21,389 bases of DNA from Pseudobacteriovorax sp. (GCA_050293845.1 JBNKNM010000085.1:1-21389); one strand, 5' to 3'; shown: positions 1-7,465, counted from the first letter of the stretch. The notes: generated from the letters alone by a model not told the origin. Numbers and translations: made by a program.

Positions 1-2
1 TT

Positions 3-107
3 AATGGTACACATTTTTGGAAAGCTAGCAGCGTCGATTATGCTAATGATGGGAATTTGAACTGGTTATTCGAATTAGCTATCAAAGCTTCCCTTGTTCC
101 CCCCTAG
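3..107 (+). CDS. 3' end of an upstream gene (partial, unknown product)
   Basis: Frame is open from the window edge (NGTHFWKASSVDYANDGNLNWLFELAIKASLVPP) to TAG at 105-107, co-oriented with tcdA. Confidence 0.4.
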   Translation, partial: NGTHFWKASSVDYANDGNLNWLFELAIKASLVPP

Positions 108-179
108 CAAAGAAAACTCTTTTGGCATAGGAAAAAATTGTGTATGATCCGCCCTTTCTCAATGGCTGAGAGGGTTAGT

Positions 180-950
180 ATGGCAGGTGACTATCAAAGT
201 AAATTTTCTGGAATCGGACGTCTTTACGGCAATAAAAGTCTAGAGAATTTTTGCTCAAAGCACATAGCCATAGCTGGCATCGGTGGTGTTGGTTCTTGGG
301 TTGTGGAAGCCTTAGCCCGAAGCGGTTTTAATAAACTAACGCTCATCGACCTTGATGACATTTGTGAAACCAACATCAATCGCCAGCTGCATGCCCTGCT
401 AAGCACTGTAGGAAGGCAAAAGATAGAAGTCATGGCTGAGCGCATTCAGGAAATTAATCCCCAGTGCCAAGTTGAAAGAGTTCATGATTTTCTTACAGCC
501 TCAACACTGCAGCAGATCTTTACAAGAGATTTCGACTTCGTTGTGGATGCTATCGATAGCCTATCTAATAAAGTACTTCTCATAAACCATTGCGTCCAAA
601 ACAATATCCCCCTGGTGACCATCGGTGGAGCTGGAGGACGTCGTGATCCTACAGCGATTATGACTGATGACCTCAGCTGTAGCTTTAACGATGGGCTTTT
701 GCGACAAGTGCGCAAGCAACTCCGCCGGAACCACCAATTTCCCCAAGAAGGGACTTTTGGGATCCCAGCCGTATTCAGCCGTGAACGCCCCTTCTTTCCC
801 CAGCATGATGGGACTGTTTGCCAAAATACAAAAGACCAGATAAGCTATAGCCTAGACTGTAATACCGGATACGGCACGGCCAGTTTTGTTACCGGAAGTT
901 TCGGATTTGCTGCTGCTTCGCTGGTTTTGAGCTATTATTGCCAGGAGTAG
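180..950 (+). CDS. tcdA: tRNA threonylcarbamoyladenosine dehydratase (ThiF/E1-like, CsdL/YgdL)
   Basis: GIGGVGSWVVEALARSG nucleotide-binding loop, IDLDDICETNINRQ, DAIDS, GGAGGRRDPT, LDC..GYGTASFVTGSFG. ATG at 180 follows GAGAGGG and is preferred over the TTG at 138. Confidence 0.9.
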   Translation: MAGDYQSKFSGIGRLYGNKSLENFCSKHIAIAGIGGVGSWVVEALARSGFNKLTLIDLDDICETNINRQLHALLSTVGRQKIEVMAERIQEINPQCQVERVHDFLTASTLQQIFTRDFDFVVDAIDSLSNKVLLINHCVQNNIPLVTIGGAGGRRDPTAIMTDDLSCSFNDGLLRQVRKQLRRNHQFPQEGTFGIPAVFSRERPFFPQHDGTVCQNTKDQISYSLDCNTGYGTASFVTGSFGFAAASLVLSYYCQE

Positions 951-956
951 CCCACC

Positions 957-1715
957 ATGTACTGCGACGGTCATTGCCACTTGACTCAATCTGCAAACCC
1001 TAGTCTTGACGTCAAACAATGCTTGGATGCAGGTATCACATCTTTGGTCTTAGCAGGAACTCATCTTGAAGATTGGCATCTACAGCTAGCTTTTGTAAAG
1101 AAATATGCTACTACAAAAATGAAGTTTTTCTTATGCTTTGGTATTCATCCCTGGTTTATAGATCCTCAAAAGGAATTGCAGTTCGATCGCTTGACTAAGA
1201 TGCTTGGAGAGTGCGACGCCATTGGAGAAACAGGGTTAGACTATTTCCAAGCACGAACAACACAACTGCGACTGGAACAGCAACAACTATTTTCTCAACA
1301 CCTATGCCTAGCCAAAGAGAACCACAAACCACTCATGATTCACACCGTCCGATCCCACCATGACTGTTTGAAGCTATTAAAAAAAATAAGTCATGAATGG
1401 AGAGGTATGGTCCATAGTTTTATAGGCTCTTGGCAAGAAGCACAGCAATACCTAAAATTAGGCTTCTTTATCAGTATTGGACCACATATACTACGGGGTG
1501 CAAGAGCAGAGGTCCTTAAAAAGATACCTGAGGAGCGACTTATTATTGAATCAGACGCTCCTCAGATCAACAAAGTGACAGGAAAACCAACAACATCGCT
1601 GGTTATAATCGAAGTCGCTAAAAAACTAGCTGAAATACGTAAAAAACCTTATTACTTATTATTGGGTAAAAGCCAAGAGAATATTGGAGAGTTATTTAAT
1701 TGTAAACTTACCTAA
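957..1715 (+). CDS. tatD: TatD family deoxyribonuclease/hydrolase
   Basis: DGHCHL, FGIHPW, IGETGLDY, PLMIH, MVHSF and IIESDAP motifs. Confidence 0.9.
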   Translation: MYCDGHCHLTQSANPSLDVKQCLDAGITSLVLAGTHLEDWHLQLAFVKKYATTKMKFFLCFGIHPWFIDPQKELQFDRLTKMLGECDAIGETGLDYFQARTTQLRLEQQQLFSQHLCLAKENHKPLMIHTVRSHHDCLKLLKKISHEWRGMVHSFIGSWQEAQQYLKLGFFISIGPHILRGARAEVLKKIPEERLIIESDAPQINKVTGKPTTSLVIIEVAKKLAEIRKKPYYLLLGKSQENIGELFNCKLT

Positions 1716-2017
1716 ATGTTGGCTTAACTAGAACTCGCTGCTATTATTTACAGTGTATCGTTACTTGCGGATGTGAAAAGGGAGCATTCAGAGGATGAAT
1801 CCATCTCAGAACTTAATAAAATTCGCAGTGATATTGGCTTATTAGTAGTTAAACTAAGCAACATTGACAGCATCAAAGCTAGGGCTTAAAGAACCGAAAA
1901 TGCACGAGCATTTCGCACAAAAAGGAAAATCTCAACTGTCGGTATTCATGTCAATGTATATTATTTCAATGGTTTCATTGCTGGTAAAAATCATTAATTG
2001 TTCCGATAGTGTTACTG

Positions 2018-2367
2018 ATATTCGAGAGTAAGAATTCCCAAGCGCAAAGAGCAGTCCGAAGGCAGTGCAAAGTTATATGAGCTAATCGGTCGCGTGACAT
2101 CCTCTCTCGACTGAAGTCGAAAGCATCCTGTAGTTAGGACGTCTGAGGCATGGTCACCTAAAAGTTGAGGTTGACTGGCTCAAAAAAAATCTGACATCAC
2201 CTCCGTGCGATTCAGACATAGCTATACCTACCTTGTAGCTATCATCGATTGAGACTCCCTTAAAGTCCTTTCCTGGAGACTATCGAATATGATGGATACG
2301 AGCTTCTGTGTAGAGACACTGCATGAGCCCCTAGCAGCATACGGTAAGCCTAAGTACTTTAATACCG
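2018..2367 (+). pseudogene. IS3-family transposase remnant (OrfA C-terminus joined to part of the OrfB DDE core)
   Basis: KLYELIGR (2070-2093) and LKVEVDWLKK (from 2158, A8 run 2182-2189) match IS3 OrfA ends. The -1 frame from 2193 reads DITSVRFRHSYTYLVAIID*DSLKVLSWRLSNMMDTSFCVETLHEPLAAYGKPKYFNT, an rve integrase core with an internal stop. Left boundary approximate. Confidence 0.85.
2094..2157 (-). mobile_element. 64-bp structured insertion resembling an IS200/IS605 right end (PATE/MITE-like)
   Basis: Removing it restores in-frame IGR|LKVEVDW. Contains the hairpin TCGAC-TGAA-GTCGA (2107-2120). The minus strand ends ...TTCGACTTCAGTCGAGAGAGGATGTCAC. Imperfect terminal inverted repeat GTGAC-AT-CCTC / GAGG-CATG-GTCAC. 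Confidence 0.6.
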
Positions 2368-2529
2368 CAATTCTCAAGATTACAAGTTTTGCTTGAAATA
2401 GTCCCACTAAATTTATGTATTACACTTCGGAAATATAAATTAGTATTTAAAGCATTTTACGCGTCGTTCGATAATGTATTGGTAAGATATCACGAATATT
2501 TTTTGACTAGAGAGTAAAAAGGGTTTCCT

Positions 2530-3267
2530 ATGTTTGCAGTATTGACCTTTTTTATATTCACAATTATTTCTTTCCAGAATGCTACGGCTAATGGCACAAA
2601 ATTACCAAAAGTGATAACTGCAAGTTTAGCTCATATACCACATGTAGCCGATCTAGATAAAAAAGGTCCGATGTGTGATTATATCCGTGAGCTAGAGAAG
2701 ATATCGGGAACAAAAATAGACTTTATAGTTCAACCATTTCCAAGATCTATCCAGAATGTTATAAAAGGCAAAGTTGACTTTCACTTTCCTCTTATTGAAC
2801 CCCTTTCGAAGGAAGGTCTTCCCTACTCCTTTTCAACTGCAACCTTAAGTATGGTCAATTTTATACTGTATACCAATAAAAACAAAATTTTGGATATAAA
2901 AAATTTGGAAGGAAAAAAACTGGAAACAGATACCAGTCACGTATATCTTTTTCCCCTAAAGATTGCACCTTCTCACTGCGTTCTTTGTAGCTTAAAAAAA
3001 CTTAATATAGGACGCATTGATGGCTTTATTTACTCCGATGTTCCGGTCGACGATATCATCAGAAAAGAAAAGCTGAAAAATATTCATAGAACCCTTTATA
3101 AACGATTCAAAGTAAAGTTCGTTATACCTAAAAACTCTAGTGGCAGCCCCGTGGATCAGTTTTTAGCTAAATACGTTAAAATTCTTTATGAAAATGGTAC
3201 TATGGACCGCTATCCTATTCTAAAATCTAGGGAATATGAAGATTGGCAGCCTCATAGGGATTTGTGA
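2530..3267 (+). CDS. Family-3-like periplasmic substrate-binding protein (orphan)
   Basis: Signal peptide ending ATA; PFPRSIQNVIKGKVDFHFP and LKKLNIGRIDGFI motifs typical of SBP_bac_3-like proteins. No permease gene nearby. Confidence 0.75.
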   Translation: MFAVLTFFIFTIISFQNATANGTKLPKVITASLAHIPHVADLDKKGPMCDYIRELEKISGTKIDFIVQPFPRSIQNVIKGKVDFHFPLIEPLSKEGLPYSFSTATLSMVNFILYTNKNKILDIKNLEGKKLETDTSHVYLFPLKIAPSHCVLCSLKKLNIGRIDGFIYSDVPVDDIIRKEKLKNIHRTLYKRFKVKFVIPKNSSGSPVDQFLAKYVKILYENGTMDRYPILKSREYEDWQPHRDL

Positions 3268-3309
3268 AAGTATTACTATGATCTCATAATAGTAAAGCCG
3301 ATCTTCGAT

Positions 3310-3363
3310 CCTAAATCCTCAGAACTTTTTTAAATAATTCTCTATACTAACAGACCTTCAAGG
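3310..3363 (+). repeat. 54-bp direct repeat, copy 1
   Basis: CCTAAATCCTCAGAACTTTTTTAAATAATTCTCTATACTAACAGACCTTCAAGG; 50/54 identical to 5251-5304, no gaps. Confidence 0.95.
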
Positions 3364-3390
3364 TCTTTCAAAAAAATTTCCCTAGATGTC

Positions 3391-3418
3391 TTGACATAGA
3401 CCAAAGTCGATTTAGATT
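3391..3418 (+). promoter_or_regulatory. Putative sigma-70 promoter
   Basis: TTGACA (3391-3396), 16-nt spacer, TAGATT (3413-3418), upstream of the small ORF at 3474. Confidence 0.5.
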
Positions 3419-3473
3419 GTTTATCGGTTATTTAACCACACGATTTTGTATAACAATTCGATAGGAGGGTGTC

Positions 3474-3620
3474 ATGCGTCATGAAGCTGATATTCAATGG
3501 TTCGAGGAGTTACGCAAAAATCTTGCGTGTTATGTTTCCTTATCCACAGTCCTTGAAAAAGATCGTTGTTCCGATCCTGTTGTTCCTGAACTTCTTTCTG
3601 TGGAGGAGGGTAAACAATGA
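3474..3620 (+). CDS. Small hypothetical protein, 48 aa (not in ORF track)
   Basis: Strong RBS AGGAGGGT before the ATG; MRHEADIQWFEELRKNLACYVSLSTVLEKDRCSDPVVPELLSVEEGKQ; stop overlaps the next start (ATGA, 3617-3620). Confidence 0.65.
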   Translation: MRHEADIQWFEELRKNLACYVSLSTVLEKDRCSDPVVPELLSVEEGKQ

Positions 3621-3940
3621 AAACTCAGGTATCTGAACCGTCAATAAAAGTACCTATATCAGAGTTCAAAAAATATGTTGTTCTAAGTCATAACGGGGAA
3701 GTTATTGGCTTCCTAACAGATCTGTACTCAGACTGGTATGGTAATCCGAAGTACTTTACCCTGGACCCTGAAACCTATTATGACCATAACCTCTATCCAC
3801 TCGAATTTATTGAAAGTATCGAAGGGACCATGATTACTCTTTGTCGAGATTTTCAAGAAATTCGTGGGTCTAAGTTTTACAGTTTAAAAAGAGTTTTAGA
3901 GCGAGATCCATATCTAACCTGTGATCATATTGCTTGCTAG
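3617..3940 (+). CDS. PRC-barrel-like protein
   Basis: RBS GGAGGAGG. SEFKKYVVLSHNGEVIGFLTDLYSD...PKYF...YPLEFIESIEGTMITL fits the PRC-barrel pattern (V..xGe.lG.v.Dl..D). Confidence 0.6.
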   Translation: MKTQVSEPSIKVPISEFKKYVVLSHNGEVIGFLTDLYSDWYGNPKYFTLDPETYYDHNLYPLEFIESIEGTMITLCRDFQEIRGSKFYSLKRVLERDPYLTCDHIAC

Positions 3941-3951
3941 GGGGGAAGGTG

Positions 3952-4101
3952 ATGAAAACTAAAGTTCATTTGAATAACTTAAATTTCACACTGCTGTTAG
4001 CTGGGCGTATTAAGTTAATGACCAGAACTTTACATGCGTCCGCTGCACCGCCCGCCGTAACCACTTGTTCCTTGATTGGTGCCAAATCGAAACTATTCTA
4101 A
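3952..4101 (+). CDS. Small hypothetical protein, 49 aa (possibly a frameshifted longer gene ending at 4151)
   Basis: RBS GGAAGGT and ATG at 3952, 11 nt after the previous stop; MKTKVHLNNLNFTLLLAGRIKLMTRTLHASAAPPAVTTCSLIGAKSKLF. Confidence 0.4.
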   Translation: MKTKVHLNNLNFTLLLAGRIKLMTRTLHASAAPPAVTTCSLIGAKSKLF

Positions 4102-4163
4102 CAATGAACCCGAGAGGATACTCGGATTGCCAGTTGCTTAGAACTTTATAGGAGGAAATCGTA

Positions 4164-4568
4164 ATGAAACTATATTTATTAGTTTTTTTTGGTAGTCTTA
4201 TTTCGTTTGAAGCTTTTGGTCTACCCACTCTTATAAAAGATATATATGTCACACAGTCTCCAGACTTTCAGCATACTCTAACCCTAGTGGGCAGTGAGGA
4301 CAATTGTTTTGATGAGCAACCGCAAATAGAAATCGATCATGATCTAAAACTCATTAACCTCACCTTCAACACACCAGCACCTCTGCCCTGCATTGATAAG
4401 AGTATGGGGTTTCCTTATCTGCAATTAGGTCTTGATGATATAATGTTTGGGAAATATCTGATACAGGTTATATCTGAAGAAAATCTTGTTTTTCAAAAAA
4501 CTCTAGACTTCGATTATAGCAACACTGGAAGCGTTAAAGATAGTTTTTTATTATCGATAGAGACTTGA
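4164..4568 (+). CDS. Secreted hypothetical protein with one Cys pair
   Basis: RBS AGGAGG; signal peptide MKLYLLVFFGSLISFEAFG; two cysteines (DNCF, LPCI); beta-rich pattern. Confidence 0.7.
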   Translation: MKLYLLVFFGSLISFEAFGLPTLIKDIYVTQSPDFQHTLTLVGSEDNCFDEQPQIEIDHDLKLINLTFNTPAPLPCIDKSMGFPYLQLGLDDIMFGKYLIQVISEENLVFQKTLDFDYSNTGSVKDSFLLSIET

Positions 4569-4592
4569 CATCGATTTTCTTGAACTTACTGT
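4565..4592 (+). promoter_or_regulatory. Putative sigma-70 promoter for the Hsp20 gene
   Basis: TTGACA (4565-4570, overlapping the upstream stop), 16-nt spacer, TACTGT (4587-4592). Confidence 0.4.
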
Positions 4593-4631
4593 TTCAGATG
4601 AAAACGGATAAATATTTTTAGGAGGTTTACC

Positions 4632-5156
4632 ATGGTTAAGTTAGCTCTCAACAATGAACAACAATCTCCTTGGAATACTAGGAATGATTGGGCGAGAGAC
4701 TTCGACCAATTGTTTGATAGTATAGACCGCATGCTCTCACCACTGCGACGGTCGAACTTTTCTACAACAACAAATCCGATGCCAAGTGAAGTTGTTGAAA
4801 GCGATGCTTCCTATTTACTAAGTTTGGACATTCCTGGAATTGAGCAAAATGATATTTCCATTGAATGTTCGAAGGGGTCGCTCACAGTTCAGGCAGAGAG
4901 AAAAAATGAAGTGATCTATCAACAGCAAGGAACAATTCATCGCAGTGAAAAAAACTACGGGGTTATCCAACGTACCTTTTCACTTCCAGAAGGGGTGGAC
5001 GCTGATCGAATTCAAGCTAACTATGAAAACGGAGTTCTCTACCTAGATATTCCCAAAGCCGAAGCAGCGAAACCTAAGAAGGTAGAAATCAATTCAGGAA
5101 AAGGTGGTTTTTTGAAAAATATTCTTGGCAAAGGAGACGATGAAAAAGAGAAATAA
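4632..5156 (+). CDS. Hsp20/alpha-crystallin small heat-shock protein
   Basis: YLLSLDIPGIEQNDISIE, SEKNYGVIQRTFSLPEGVDADRIQANYENGVLYLDIPK; RBS AGGAGG. Confidence 0.93.
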   Translation: MVKLALNNEQQSPWNTRNDWARDFDQLFDSIDRMLSPLRRSNFSTTTNPMPSEVVESDASYLLSLDIPGIEQNDISIECSKGSLTVQAERKNEVIYQQQGTIHRSEKNYGVIQRTFSLPEGVDADRIQANYENGVLYLDIPKAEAAKPKKVEINSGKGGFLKNILGKGDDEKEK

Positions 5157-5161
5157 TGAAC

Positions 5162-5184
5162 AGAAGGGGATCAAGTCCCCTTCT
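5162..5184 (+). terminator. Stem-loop after Hsp20, probable terminator
   Basis: AGAAGGGGA-TCAAG-TCCCCTTCT, a perfect 9-bp stem 5 nt after the stop; weak U-tract. Confidence 0.65.
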
Positions 5185-5250
5185 AACAGATTCCACTTGT
5201 CTTTGAAACGCAATATCATCTCATAACTTACCGCAAACTAAATCTTATAA

Positions 5251-5304
5251 CCTAAATCCTCAGAACGTTTTTAAATAATTCTCTGTACTAACTGACCTTT
5301 AAGG
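5251..5304 (+). repeat. 54-bp direct repeat, copy 2
   Basis: CCTAAATCCTCAGAACGTTTTTAAATAATTCTCTGTACTAACTGACCTTTAAGG; 4 mismatches to 3310-3363. Confidence 0.95.
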
Positions 5305-5389
5305 GATATAGGCTTCACCTAATCGCCTAGTATATATCCTGAACTTTTTATCGACTCAGACAAGAACTTAATTATTGCTTGGGATCAAG

Positions 5390-5629
5390 GTTCCCCAGGC
5401 CTTAACTCCTGATAATCTAAAATCAGCGGTGGCAAAAGCGCATCGTTACGACCCCGATGTGAATCAAGCATATCAGGTACAAGCCCCATAAGCAGGCCAC
5501 GGTTCATCCAGATTGCCATATCTGTTTCGATAAGAACTACTATTCAGTACTTAGTAAGTTTCGTGGTTTGCGCGTTGATCTCTCGTATTCCCAGAATGTA
5601 CTGGAAATCTATGTCGATACTCAGGATAG
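5390..5629 (+). pseudogene. IS21-family IstA transposase remnant (two fused fragments)
   Basis: VPQALTPDNLKSAVAKAHRYDPDVNQAYQ (5390-5476; IstA PDNLKSAV motif), then in another frame HKQATVHPDCHICFDKNYYSVLSKFRGLRVDLSYSQNVLEIY (IstA C-terminal VxxDxH...YYSV motif), ending at the MITE. Confidence 0.85.
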
Positions 5630-5740
5630 GGCACTGGTGCAAATTTTTGTAACATACTAATATTATTATCCACGTCAAAAGTAAAATTTACCATAAATTT
5701 AGTGGTTGAAAAAATTTAGCCAAAAGTTTGCACCAGTGCC
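5630..5740. mobile_element. 111-bp MITE with IS6(IS26)-like terminal inverted repeats
   Basis: GGCACTGGTGCAAATTTTTG (5630-5649) and CAAAAGTTTGCACCAGTGCC (5721-5740) are 19/20 complementary. The first 14 nt match the IS26 TIR GGCACTGTTGCAAA at 13/14. Interior is AT-rich and non-coding. Confidence 0.75.
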
Positions 5741-5989
5741 TAAAAATCAACTAAGATGCGAGTATGTTTCCCGAATTAGCTTCTTTTTAGTGGGGTGTCG
5801 CTGATCTGAACGAAGGCATTCTATAATGCATTAGAGTTAGGGCATCCTTAGTTACTAACAGTTTTACGACAAAAACGATCCTTAAAGTCAGAAAGTGATT
5901 AATTACTTGACAGAGCTTGTTTTCTAAAGGCAGAACAGATCCAGATATTCACATTAAGATTTGATGCTACATAGTTAGGAGAGATCAAC

Positions 5990-6892
5990 ATGACTCATAA
6001 ATTACTTCTCACGATCTCAAGTATTTTTTTTAGCTTTTTGCTTTTTTCAAATTTATCGTGCGAAACCGTTGACAAAAAACCATCGGACTTTGAATCTCCC
6101 AAAGAGAGCGCTCCATTAGTTGGGGAAAAGGGGATCAAATCACAATGCGATGACTGGGCTGTCATTAATGATGGTATCTATAAATATGAAAACAATGTTT
6201 GGGGAGCTGATAAAAATTTACCCTATCAACAGTGTCTTCTGGAAAGAAATAAAAATGGAGAAATCAATTACGGTTGGAGCTGGAGGTGGCGAGGCAAAGC
6301 TCCGAATTGGGTTTTCAGCTATCCAGAAATTATCGTCGGCTGGAAACCATGGGGAGAAAGTCTACCAACTCACCAAGGCTTTCCTATAAAAATATCGGAG
6401 ATTAAAACCTTAGATCTCAAATATAGCGTCGATCTTCAAGCTCAAGGAAGCTACAACCTTGCTCCTGAAATCTGGCTAATTAGCAGGAAACCAAAATCTT
6501 TCCCAATCAAAAATCCACAAAACTTAATCACCTACGAAATCATGTTTTGGATGGACTATAGTGCCGGTGCCACTCCCGCTGGAAAAAAGATGAGTGAATT
6601 TGAATTTGGGGGAAAACATTATGATTTGTGGTACAAGAAGGACCACAATAATTCTGGAGATACCGTTTCTTGGTCGATCTTATCGCTAGTGAGTAAAACA
6701 AAGCAACACACAGGATCTATCGATATCCAAGGATTATTAAAAAAACTCAACGAACTCGGTTATGATATCGACGAAAATGAATATGTTGCCAACGTAGAAT
6801 TCGGTACCGAAGTTCATGGTATAAGCGACAATAGTAAAAGTCATGGATTTCTATGGATTAATAACTATGATGTGGTATTAGAAAGCTATTAG
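5990..6892 (+). CDS. Glycoside hydrolase family 12 (endo-beta-glucanase-like) lipoprotein
   Basis: ENNVWG, SYPEIIVGWKPWG, YNLAPEIW, EIMFW (nucleophile Glu), EFGTE (acid/base Glu); lipobox-like NLSC; RBS AGGAGA. Confidence 0.85.
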   Translation: MTHKLLLTISSIFFSFLLFSNLSCETVDKKPSDFESPKESAPLVGEKGIKSQCDDWAVINDGIYKYENNVWGADKNLPYQQCLLERNKNGEINYGWSWRWRGKAPNWVFSYPEIIVGWKPWGESLPTHQGFPIKISEIKTLDLKYSVDLQAQGSYNLAPEIWLISRKPKSFPIKNPQNLITYEIMFWMDYSAGATPAGKKMSEFEFGGKHYDLWYKKDHNNSGDTVSWSILSLVSKTKQHTGSIDIQGLLKKLNELGYDIDENEYVANVEFGTEVHGISDNSKSHGFLWINNYDVVLESY

Positions 6893-6967
6893 AAACAACC
6901 TAGAAAAAACTATGATGTTGAAAGTTAAGTATATTATGAAAAAATACTAACTATCTAGGGGAATACA

Positions 6968-7205
6968 TTGTGTCCAAGTGGTCTAAGTAATTTTGAATCT
7001 ATTCCTATCGTAGATACTCCTGATGCTAGAAATGTGGCATGGGAGTCATTAGAATTGGTTAGTCCCGACGGCTTTTGTATTATTGGTACTTGTGAGTTGA
7101 TAATGTCAATTTGGAGAGATATTCATGCGACAAGTTCTCGATAGTTACGTAACCGTACATGTTTATAGAAAACCAGTGGACATGCGTAAAAGTTACGGTA
7201 ATTGA
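6968..7205 (+). pseudogene. IS66-family remnant (TnpA C-terminus plus start of accessory TnpB)
   Basis: NFESIPIV...ESLELVSPDGFCIIG overlapping an RBS-preceded ATG at 7125: MRQVLDSYVTVHVYRKPVDMRKSYGN*, with the IS66 TnpB PVDMRKS motif. Confidence 0.75.
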
Positions 7206-7329
7206 AGGAATTCATTGTGCTTTAACAGACATTGTCTATTCAGATGAAAAGGTCACAGCTTAAGAACGGACTTAGGTAGGGAGTCTGAACATATCTGGAT
7301 ATTGAAGAACGAAACTTTATCTATACCGG

Positions 7330-7449
7330 AGCAAATTCATCCAAATATCTCCAAGAATACCTCCTACTAAGGTCATCTTGCTATGGATACCATCCAATAG
7401 TAACTATGACTGCTGGCATCTCTTGTTTGACTTTTTTCTGAATTGCCAT
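7330..7449 (-). pseudogene. Possible IS1595-family transposase C-terminal remnant
   Basis: Minus strand QEMPAVIVTI...SRRYSWRYLDEFA, with LLLDGIHSK in an adjacent frame; resembles the IS1595 (ISXO2-like) G.HH...YLDEF motif. Contains a stop and frameshifts. Confidence 0.4.
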
Positions 7450-7465
7450 AACGTGGTTCCGAAAA

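Noticed and set aside
122..142. TTGGCATAGG... as a sigma-54 promoter for tcdA
   Set aside because: No GC at the required GG-N10-GC position.
138..179. N-terminal extension of tcdA from TTG 138
   Set aside because: The ATG at 180 has a better RBS, and family-like sequence starts after it.
1728..2031. Open stretch LELAAIIYSV...KARA* and short ORF MHEHFAQKG...IRE*
   Set aside because: No convincing start or RBS and no recognisable family; possibly gene debris, but not supportable.
3364..4631. CIRCE, HAIR or ROSE heat-shock control elements upstream of Hsp20
   Set aside because: No TTAGCACTC-N9-GAGTGCTAA or CTTGAGT-N7-ACTCAAG found, and no clear ROSE hairpin around the RBS.
3310..5304. 54-bp repeats as a CRISPR array
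   Set aside because: Only two copies about 1.9 kb apart with genes between them; no spacer periodicity and no cas genes.
2404..5705. 14-bp inverted match CATAAATTTAGTGG (2404-2417 versus 5692-5705)
   Set aside because: An AT-rich 14-mer match is expected by chance in a 21-kb AT-rich window, and it does not extend.
5745..5989. Riboswitch or ncRNA in the GH12 leader
   Set aside because: No recognisable riboswitch consensus or convincing stems by eye; an Infernal/Rfam scan would be decisive.
7285..7325. TYLDIEERNFIY, reminiscent of an IS30 N-terminal HTH
   Set aside because: Too short and degenerate to support.
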